From the NCBI GenBank assembly GCA_963805975.1, contig CAWDVR010000001.1, positions 1,408,001 to 1,472,000 on the forward strand: DNA of 64,000 nt, written 5' to 3'. The stretch comes from an uncultured Acidobacteriota bacterium (lineage in GTDB: Bacteria > Acidobacteriota > Thermoanaerobaculia > Multivoradales > SZUA-115). Under the pieces are notes generated by a model that did no database searches, was not told the origin of the DNA, and was given only the letters and a program-made list of their open reading frames with translations. Below, in pieces: positions 8,584 to 21,700 of the stretch (positions within the stretch are counted from its first letter, which is position 1; every line of letters starts with the position of its first letter). The position numbers were made by a program, and so were the translations under genes.

Positions 8584-11227
8584 GTGTCACTCTGGCGCCA
8601 GCTCACGCGCGGCCTTCGCGGCCCTGGCTCGGCGGTCCGCCGCCGACCAGGACGTGGCCGACGAGGTGCAGCACTACCTCGACCAGGCCACCGCCGCGCA
8701 CTTGCGCGCGCGGCCTCTCGCGGGAGGAGGCACTTCGCGCCGCACGGCTGGAGCTCGGCAACGTCACCAGCGTCCGGGAGGAGGTGCGCGGCTACGGCTG
8801 GGAGAACGCCGTCGCGGCGCTGGGCGCCGACCTGCGCTTCGCGATACGCCGGCTGCGCACGGAGCCGGTCTTCACCGCCATCACGGTGCTGACGCTGGCG
8901 CTCGGCTCGGCGCCACCACGGCGATCTTCAGCGCCGTGAACCCGATCCTGTTCGAGCCGCTGCCGTACCCGGACGCCGGCCGGATCACGATGATCTGGGA
9001 GATCGGCGAGCGACGGATCGCGCACCGAGGGGACGTTCGGGATGGTTCGCGAGCTGGCGCAGCGGGCCCGCTCGTTCGAGGCGATCGCCGTCTTCAAGCC
9101 ATGGCAGCCGACGATGACCGGCGCGGACGCAGCCGGAGCGGCTCGACGGGCAGCGAGTCAGCGCGAGCTACTTCCAGGTGCTGGGCGTGGCGCCGAGCCT
9201 GGGACGAGACTTCCTGCCGGCCGAGGACCGGCCGACGGACCGAACGTGGTGATCCTCAGCGAGGCGCTCTGGCGGCGGCGCTTCGGCGGCGACCCAGCGA
9301 TCCTCGGGCGCCCGATCATCCTCGACGACAATCCGCTACCTCGTCGTCGGCGTGATGCCGCAGGGATTCGAGAACGTGCTGTCCCCTGCGGCCGAGCTGT
9401 GGGCGCCGCTGCAGTACGACCTGTCGCAGGGACGGGCCTGGGGCCATCACCTGCGGACGGTCGGGCGGCTCCGGCCGGGGGTCGATGTCGAGCAGGCGAC
9501 GCGAGAGCTCGACGAGCTCGGCCACGCCGTGGTGAAGGAACAGCGTCCGGCGACCTATGGCGCCCAGTTCGGGCTTCTCGTCACACCCTTGCGGGACGAC
9601 GTCACTCGCGGCGTCAAGCCGGCGCTCCTCGCCATCCTCGGCGCGGTGGCCCTGGTGCTGGTGATCGCCTGCGTGAACGTGACCAACCTGCTCCTCGCCC
9701 GCGGCGTCCACCGGCGCGGCGAGTTCGCCTTGCGCGTCGCTCTCGGCGCCGGGCACCGTCGGCTGATCCGCCAACTGCTCACCGAGAGCCTGCTCCTCGC
9801 CGCCATGGGTGGCGCAGTCGGCATGGTCGTGGCGGTGCTCGGCGTGCGAGGCCCTCGTGGCTCTGAGCCCTCCGGGCCTGCCGCGCGTCCAGGCGATCGG
9901 TGTCGACGGAGCGGTGTTCGCTTTCGGATTGGGCAGTCACCACGCTGATCGGTCTGGCCTTCGGATTGGTCCCGGCGCTGCAGGCGGCGGCGAGCGACCC
10001 GCACCGGGACCTGGAACAGGGCTCGCGCCGCACCGCCGGCGGGCACCGGCGGACCCGGAGCGCGCTGGTGGTCGCCGAGGTCGCGCTCGCGCTCGTGCTG
10101 CTCGTCGGCTCGGGACTGTTGCTGCGGAGCCTGGAGCGCCTGTTCGCGGTCGAGGTGGGGTTCGACTCCTCTCGCCTGCTCACCATGCAGATCCAGACCT
10201 CCGGGCGCCGGTTCGACGACGCCGGCACCACGTCGCGCTTCTTCGCGCAGGCGCTCGAGGCCGTCCGGGGGTGCCCGGCGTCACCGAGGCGGCCTTCACC
10301 AGCCAGCTACCGCTGAGCGGCGACTCCGACCACTACGGCGTGCGCTTCGACCCGAGCCCGCAAGAGGATCCCGGCGAAGTGGCCGGCACGTTTCGCTACG
10401 CCGTGAGCCCTGGCTACCTCGAGACGATGCGCATCCCGCTGCGGCGCGGCCGTCTGCTCGACGAGCAGGACGGGGCGGACGCGCCACGCGTCGCGGTGAT
10501 CAGCGAGTCGATGGCGAAGCGCCGGCTCGCTGGGCTCGACCCGATCGGCCAGCGGTTGCGCATCGGCGCGCTGGACGGACCGCTGTACACGGTCGTCGGC
10601 GTGGTGGGCGACGTGAGACAGATGTCGCTGGCGCTCGCAGACTCCGATGCCGTGTACGTCACCGCGGCCCAGTGGCGCTTCGCGGACAACGCCATGTCGC
10701 TGGTGGTGCGGGCGGGCGGCGACGCGGCGGCGCTCGCTCCCGCCCTCCGCCAGGCGGTCTGGTCGGTGGACAAGGACCAGCCGATCGTGCGCGTCGCGAC
10801 CATGGACGACCTGCTCGCCGCCTCGGCGGCCGAGCGCCGCTTCGCGCTGATCCTGTTCGAGGCGTTCGCGCTCGCCGCGCTGGTGCTGGCGGCGGCCGGG
10901 ATCTACGGCGTGCTCTCCGGCAGCGTGGCCGAGCGCACGCGGGAGATCGGGGTGCGCGCGGCGCTGGGCGCGTCGCGCGAGAGCATCCTGGCGCTGGTGG
11001 TGCGCCAGGGCATGACCCTCACCGGCCTCGGCGTGGCGGTCGGCCTGGCCGGCGCGGTCGCGGCGAGCCAGGCGCTCGTCGCCATGCTCTTCGGCGTCTC
11101 ACGCCTCGACCCGGCCACCTATCTCGGCGTGGTCGCGCTGCTGGCCGTGGTGTCGCTGATCGCCTGCGCGGTACCGGCGTGGCGCGCGGCACGAGTCGAC
11201 CCGGCGAGCACGTTGGGCGCGGAGTAG
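8584..11227 (+). pseudogene. ADOP-type duplicated MacB/FtsX-like permease with about 10 frameshifts (pseudogene or assembly errors)
   Basis: [70 protein letters not shown] and RTREIGVRAALGA lie in alternating frames. Confidence 0.85.
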
Positions 11228-11285
11228 GCGGACGCGAGCAGCCTTGCTGCGCAGACCCGCCCGTGCCGGTCCACGATGGCCCTCC

Positions 11286-13349
<2,064 letters not shown>

Positions 13350-13391
13350 GGGCCCGGATGATACTGTACGCCGCCCACAGGAGAGCCGTGC

Positions 13392-14156
13392 TTGAGCGAC
13401 CGGACCGTGATCGTGCTGCCGGCTTACAACGCCGCGCGGACGCTGGCGCGGATCGTAGCCGAGATCCCGCCCGGCGTGGCCGCCGAGCTGATCGTGGTCG
13501 ACGACGCCTCCGAGGACGCGACCGTCGAGATCGCCCGCGACCTGCCCGTGACCCTCATCCGGCACCCGACGAACCGCGGCTACGGCGGCAACCAGAAGAC
13601 CTGCTACGACGCGGCGCTGGAGCGCGGTGCGGACTACGTGGTGATGCTGCACCCGGACTACCAGTACGACGCCCGCCTCATCCCCCCGGCGCTCGCGGTG
13701 CTCGCGACCGGGGTCTGCGACGTGGTGCTGGGCAACCGCATTCGCACCCGCGCCGAGGCCCTGGCCGGGGGCATGCCCAAGCCCAAGTACTTCGCCAACC
13801 GCGCGCTGACCCTGCTCGAGAACGTGCTCGCCGGCCAGAACCTGGGCGAGTGGCACAGCGGCTTCCGCGCCTACCGCCGTGCGGTGCTCGAGAAGGTGCC
13901 CTACCGGACCAATGCCGAGGGCTTCGTGTTCGACTCGCAGTTCCTGGTGCAGTGCGTTCACTTCGGCTTCCGGCTCGGGGACGTGCCGATGCCGGTGCGC
14001 TACTTCGACGAGATGAGCTCGATCCGCTTCCGGCCCGCGGTCGGCTACGCGCTGGGCACGCTGTGGACCTTCGTGCGCTGGTACCTGCACCGGGCGGGCT
14101 TGGTGCGGAGCCGGCTCTTCGCACCGCCGCCGGCCGGGGGGCCGGGACCCGCGTAG
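13392..14156 (+). CDS. Glycosyltransferase family 2 (DPM1-like)
   Basis: VLPAYNAA, VVDDASED, NRGYGGNQK, HPDYQY, SGFRAY. Confidence 0.9.
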   Translation: MSDRTVIVLPAYNAARTLARIVAEIPPGVAAELIVVDDASEDATVEIARDLPVTLIRHPTNRGYGGNQKTCYDAALERGADYVVMLHPDYQYDARLIPPALAVLATGVCDVVLGNRIRTRAEALAGGMPKPKYFANRALTLLENVLAGQNLGEWHSGFRAYRRAVLEKVPYRTNAEGFVFDSQFLVQCVHFGFRLGDVPMPVRYFDEMSSIRFRPAVGYALGTLWTFVRWYLHRAGLVRSRLFAPPPAGGPGPA

Positions 14157-14170
14157 TAGACTCCGGAGCG

Positions 14171-15742
14171 ATGAAGAGCGATCACTACGACGTCGTCGTC
14201 ATCGGAGGCGCCTTCTCGGGCTCGGTCTCCGCCGTCCTTCTCAAGCGCTGGCTGCCGCAGGCGAAGGTCTTGGTGGTCGAGACCTCCAAGGCTTTCGATC
14301 GCAAGGTCGGCGAGGCAACAGTCGAGATCTCGGCCATGATGCTGTCGCGGGTGCTCGGCCTGCACGATCAGATGGCCCGCGAGCAGCTCCCCAAGCACGG
14401 CCTGCGCTACTGGTTCACGGACGGCCCGAACCGCACCCTGGCCGAGATGTCCGAGGTCGGGCCGCGCGAGGTGCCCCGGTTGCCCGCCTTCCAGCTCGAC
14501 CGCTCGGTGGTGGACCAGCGCCTGTTCGAGCTCGCGGGCCACGAAGGCGCCGAGGTCGCCAGGCCGGCCAAAGTGGTGAGCTTCGAGCTCGGCTGGCCGC
14601 AGAGCAAGCTCACGATCGAGAGCGCCGAGGGCCGCCGCGAGGTCACCACGCGCTGGGTGGTCGATGCTTCGGGCCGTCACGCGATCATCGCCCGCAAGCT
14701 GGGGATCATGAAGCGCACGCCCGAGCACCCCACGGCCGCCGCCTGGGGCCGCTGGGAGGGCGTCGCCGACATGGACGGCGTCGAGATCACCGGCAAGGAC
14801 ACGCGGCGTCCCCGGCTGGCGCCCATCCAGGCCGCGCGGCGCCTGGCCACCAACCACTTCTGCGGCTACGGCTGGTGGTGCTGGGTGATCCCGCTGGCCT
14901 CCGGCGCGAGCTCGATCGGCGTGGTCTACGACAAGCGTTTCTTCGAGTGGCCGCCCGCCGGCTCGATGAAGGAGCGCTACCTCGCCTTCCTGCGCTCCCA
15001 GCCCGGTCTCTCCGAGCTGATCGCCAACGCCACGCTCGACGAGGAGGACTTCCGCTCCTACAACCACCTCGCCTACTGCTCGCAGAAGTACATGAGCCGC
15101 GGCTGGGCCCTGGTGGGCGACGCGGCCTCGTTCCTCGACCCCTACTACAGCCCGGGCCTCGACCACGCCTCGATCTCCGCCTTCGCCACCGCGCGGTTGA
15201 TCGAGGCCGACCTCCAGGGCAAGCTCTCGCCCGAGGCCCTGGACCTCGAGATCGAGGACCACAACGACCGCTTCCTGCGCTCCTACAAGCGCTGGATCTC
15301 GGCGCTCTACGTGGACAAGTACGAGTACTTCGGCGACGCCGAGCTGACCGGAGCCGCCTTCCTGATGGACACGGCCATGTACTACATGGGCGTGGTGACA
15401 CCGATCTACGAGGACATGGAGAACCTGCGCCATCCGCTCTTCGGCCAGGCCATCCCCCAGACCCGGATGGCCTACAACCTGATGCACTTCTACCACCGGC
15501 GGCTGGTCTCGATGGCGCGCACGCGGCGCAAGCTCGGCACCTACGGCCGGAAGAACCTCTCGCTCCGCGTGCTGGTGCGCACCGCCGGCCTGGGCTGGGG
15601 CGGCGGCTTCCCGATGTTCAGGGAGGGGCTGAAGCTCTGGCTCAAGGCGGAGCTCTCCACCCTGGGCCAGCGGCTGCGCCGGGGCAGGATCTCGCTCCCC
15701 TCCCCGCTCCCGGCCAGCGCCGGCGTCGACGCCACGACGTAG
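14171..15742 (+). CDS. Flavin-dependent halogenase-like FAD oxidoreductase (tryptophan halogenase family)
   Basis: DVVVIGGAFSG FAD motif, KVGE, PKHGLRYWF, DASGR, WCWVIP (WxWxIP), GDAASFLDPYYSPG. Confidence 0.8.
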   Translation: MKSDHYDVVVIGGAFSGSVSAVLLKRWLPQAKVLVVETSKAFDRKVGEATVEISAMMLSRVLGLHDQMAREQLPKHGLRYWFTDGPNRTLAEMSEVGPREVPRLPAFQLDRSVVDQRLFELAGHEGAEVARPAKVVSFELGWPQSKLTIESAEGRREVTTRWVVDASGRHAIIARKLGIMKRTPEHPTAAAWGRWEGVADMDGVEITGKDTRRPRLAPIQAARRLATNHFCGYGWWCWVIPLASGASSIGVVYDKRFFEWPPAGSMKERYLAFLRSQPGLSELIANATLDEEDFRSYNHLAYCSQKYMSRGWALVGDAASFLDPYYSPGLDHASISAFATARLIEADLQGKLSPEALDLEIEDHNDRFLRSYKRWISALYVDKYEYFGDAELTGAAFLMDTAMYYMGVVTPIYEDMENLRHPLFGQAIPQTRMAYNLMHFYHRRLVSMARTRRKLGTYGRKNLSLRVLVRTAGLGWGGGFPMFREGLKLWLKAELSTLGQRLRRGRISLPSPLPASAGVDATT

Positions 15743-15757
15743 GCCGGACGCGCGCTT

Positions 15758-17490
<1,733 letters not shown>

Positions 17491-17494
<4 letters not shown>

Positions 17495-17904
17495 GCCGGG
17501 CCTTCCTTCCGGAGCACGTGATGATCGAGGACGAAGCAGGTGAAGGTACCGGTCATCACGTCCTCGACCGCGTCCTCTCGAACCCGATATACCGAGACCT
17601 GCACCTGCCGCTTCTTGCCCTCGCCCTCGGCGGCGTGGGCGTCCGCCAGGACCCTCTCCCCCACCTGCACCGGCTCGAGAAAGCGCACGTCCGCGGCGCC
17701 GAGCACCACGTGGGGATGATTGACGGCCAGCATGGCGGCGTGGTCCGCGAGGCCGAAGACGAAGCCGCCGTGGACCAGCCCTTCGTCGTCGACCGCCATC
17801 TCGTGACGGGTCCTGAGCTCGACGCGGGCCCAGCCGGGCTCGACGGCGACCGGTGTTCCAAAGAGCTCCCGGTCGATGGAGCGATGGGTCTTGATCTCGG
17901 GCAT
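17491..17904 (-). CDS. PaaI/hotdog-fold thioesterase
   Basis: [17 protein letters not shown] motif. Confidence 0.88.
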
Positions 17905-17938
17905 CCGCAAAGTATGGCACGCGGCCGGGGAGGCCCCC

Positions 17939-17981
17939 TTGTCATCCCGAGCGTTGTCATCCTGAGCGCAGCGAAGGATCT
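17939..17981. repeat. REP-like intergenic element (partial copy followed by full copy)
   Basis: TTGTCATCCCGAGCG followed by TTGTCATCCTGAGCGCAGCGAAGGATCT, resembling a widespread REP-type sequence. Confidence 0.6.
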
Positions 17982-18043
17982 GGACGGGGGAGCGCCGCGC
18001 GAGGCCGAGGTACTCTACTCCTCTCTCGTTCTACAATGCCCTC

Positions 18044-18661
18044 ATGCTCTTAGGAATCGACGTCCACGACTATCGTCATCCCACGAACCCCATCCAGCCC
18101 TGGATCGTCGAGCGCTGGTCGCCGCGCGCCATGTCCGGCGAGCCACTCACCGCCGAGGAGATCGGCAGCCTGTTCGAGGCTGCCCGCTGGGCCCCGTCCT
18201 CGGGCAACTCCCAGCCCTGGCGCTTCCTCTATGGCACCCGCACCGGCCCTCACTGGCAGACCTTCCTCGACCTCCTGGTGGAGGGCAACCGCCGGTGGGC
18301 CAAGGACGCCGGCCTCCTCGTCGTGGTCACCTCCCGCGCCCTTTCCGAGCGCGACGGCAAGCCCGATCCCACCCACGCCTACTCGGCCGGCGCGGCCTGG
18401 ATGGCGCTCGCGCTCCAGGCCGTGAGCATGGGCTTCGTGGTCCACGGCATGGCGGGCTTCGACTACGAGAAGGCGCGGCGGGACCTGGCCGTGCCGGACA
18501 ACTTCGCGGTGCTGGCCATGCTCTCCGTGGGCCGCCAGGGCCGCATCGAAGACCTGCCGCCCGACCTCCAGGAGCGCGAGAAACCCTCCGGACGCAAGGA
18601 GATCGCCGAGATCGCCTGGGAGGGCGGGTTTGGGGACCGGCCGCCGGCCGCGGCCGGCTGA
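18044..18661 (+). CDS. Nitroreductase family protein
   Basis: RWSPRA, AARWAPSSGNSQPWRF, HGMAGFD. Confidence 0.92.
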   Translation: MLLGIDVHDYRHPTNPIQPWIVERWSPRAMSGEPLTAEEIGSLFEAARWAPSSGNSQPWRFLYGTRTGPHWQTFLDLLVEGNRRWAKDAGLLVVVTSRALSERDGKPDPTHAYSAGAAWMALALQAVSMGFVVHGMAGFDYEKARRDLAVPDNFAVLAMLSVGRQGRIEDLPPDLQEREKPSGRKEIAEIAWEGGFGDRPPAAAG

Positions 18662-18791
18662 ACCGCGGAAACCCGCCGCGCCGTCACAAGAAGGCCATCT
18701 CCGGCGGCCTTCGATCCGCTAAGATCCCGCTATCTCCCTCAGCGGGGCCGGCCGGCTGGGCCGGTATCAAGTCGACTTGGAGGATCTGCTC

Positions 18792-21700
18792 TTGCGAAAC
18801 TCTCTACGCCTAGCCCTGGCCGCGTCATCCTGCCTCGTCGCCCTGGCCTTAGCTCGACCCGCCATCGCCCAGGTCTCGATGACCACCATCGGGTCCCCCT
18901 CCACTCAGAGCTTCGACACTCTGGCGACCTCGGGCACCGCCAACACCTGGACGGACAACACGACACTCGTCGGGTGGTACTCCCAGTTCGCCGCAACCGC
19001 CAACCCGACGACCTACCGTGCAGATGCCGGTGGGTCCAACACCGGGGCGATCTATAGCTGGGGCACCGGAACTGCCACCGAGCGCGCGCTCGGCTCGGTC
19101 GGATCCGGCGGGACGGCCGACATCTTCAATGCGGTCCGGCTGGTCAACAACACGGGCGTCACCATCACCTCGCTGCTGGTCGCCTTCAACGGCGAGCAGT
19201 GGCGTGCAGGAGGCTGCACCCCGACGCCCTGCACCCCGGCCGCCCAGAAGATCGACTTCCAGTACCAGGTCGCCAACGCCGGTGTGATCACCGATGCCAA
19301 CACCCCTACCACCGGCTGGACCGATCACAACCCGCTCGACTTCACCAGCCCGACACCCGGCACCTCGACCGCGGCGGCCCTCGACGGCAACGCGGCGGCC
19401 AACCGCACGGCCCTGTCGGCGACCGTCACGGTGACCGTCCTCGCCGGGCAGGAGATCTGGCTTCGCTGGTTCGACACCAACGACGCGAACAACGACCACG
19501 GCCTGGGCATCGACGACCTCTCCGTCACCCCGAACGGCGTCGCGCAGCCCAATCTGACGATCAACGACGTGTCGCTCAACGAGGGCAACGCCGGCACCAC
19601 GAACTTCACCTTTACTGTCAGCCTCTCCGCGCCGGCCGGCGCCGGCGGCGTGACCTTCAACATCGCGACCGCCGACGGCACCGCCCAGGACGACAACCCG
19701 GTCACCGAGGACAACGACTACCAGCTCAAGTCCCTCACCGCCCAGACCATCCCGGCCGGCAGCAGCACCTACGCCTTCACCGTGCTGGTCAACGGCGACA
19801 CTGCCCCGGAGACCAACGAGACCTTCTTCGTCAACGTCTCGAGCGTCACCAACGCCACCACCCTCGACTCCCAGGGCCAGGGCACGATCGTCAACGACGA
19901 CGCGGCGCCCAATCTGACGATCAACGACGTGTCGCTCAACGAGGGCAATGCCGGCACCACCACCTTCACCTTCACCGTCAGCCTCTCCGCGCCGGCCGGC
20001 GCCGGCGGCGTGACCTTCGACATCGCCACCGCGGACGGCACCGCCCAGGACGACAACCCGGTCACCGAGGACAACGACTACGTCGCGAAATCCCTCACCG
20101 CCCAGAGCATCCCGGCCGGCAGCAGCACCTACACCTTCGACGTGCTGGTCAACGGCGACCTCGTCCCGGAGGGCAACGAGACCTTCTTCGTCAACGTCAC
20201 CAACGTCGTGAACGCCATCCCGGCGGACGGGCAGGGCCAGGGCACGATCGTCAACGACGACCTCCACAAGATCCACGACATCCAGGGCAACGGCGCCGCG
20301 ACCCCGATCCCCGCCACCTCGGTCACCATCGAGGGAATCGTGGTCGGGGACTACCAGGGGGCGGCTCAGCTGCAAGGCTTCTTCCTGGAGGAGGAGAACG
20401 TCGATTTCGACGCCGACCCCGCGACCTCGGAGGGAGTCTTCGTCTTCTGCGGTTCCTGCACGACAGCGGTGGCCGAGGGGCAGCGGGTGCGCGCCACGGG
20501 CCTGGTCTCGGAGTTCTTCGGCATGACCGAGGTCACGGCCTCGAGCGTGGGCTCGGTGGTCGTCGTCAGCGCCGGCAACCATCTCGCCGAGGTGACCGCC
20601 GCGCCGCTCGACCTGCCGGTGGTCGGTGACGTCAACACCTACTACGAGGCGCGCGAAGGGATGCTGGTCACCTTCATCGACACGCTCTCGGTCTCCGAGT
20701 ACTTCGAGCTGCCGCGCTACGGAACCATCGAGCTCTTCGAGGGCGGCCGGCCGCGGCAGTTCACCGAGGCCTCGCCCCCGAGCGTGGCGGGCAACACCGC
20801 GCACCTCGACAACCTCAACCGCCGGCGGGTCATCCTCGACGACGACGACGACGGGCAGAACGTGCCGCTGACGCTGCCCGAAGGCAGCCAGTTCGTCTTC
20901 CACCCGCAGGCCAACGGCGGCTTCTCGGTCGGCACCCAGGGCACCGATTTCTTCCGCGGCGGCGACCTCGCCACCGGCTTGCGGGGCGTGCTGCACTGGT
21001 CCTTCTCGGGCGTTTCGGGCACCGACGCCTGGCGGCTGCGCCCCACCACCGCGGCCCCGGCCACGTTCACAGCCACCAACCTGCGCCCGGCGACACCGCC
21101 GGTGGTCGGCGGCGCCATCAAGGCGGCGAGCGTCAACCTCCTCAACTACTTCACCACCATCGACACCACCTCTAGCTCGACCTCGGGGCCCTGCGGCCCG
21201 GCGGCCGACCAGGACTGCCGCGGCGCCGACAGCGTCGCCGAGCTCACCCGCCAGCGGGAGCGGACCTCGATCGTGCTCTGCGCGCTCAACGCCCACGTCT
21301 TCGGCTTCGGGGAGCTCGAGAACACCACCGCCACCGGCACCATCAACGACCTCCTCGGTGCGGTGAACGCCCGCTGCGGCGGGGCGAACCCCTATGCCTT
21401 CGTCAATACCGGAAGCACTCTGGGTACCGATGCGATCCGGGTGGCGCTGATCTACCGCTCGGCCACCCTCTCCCCCGTGGGCTCGCCGCTCGTCGACCTC
21501 GACCCGATCCACAACCGGCCGCCCACCGCTCAGACCTTCGACGTCATCGAGGCGGCGAACCCGGCCTTCGGGCAGCGCTTCACGGTCATCCCCAACCACT
21601 TCAAGTCCAAGGGCTGCGACGCCTCGGCGGTCGGCGCCGACGCCGACACGTCCGACGGCCAGGGCTGCTACAACGGACGGCGCACTGCGCAGGCCACCCG

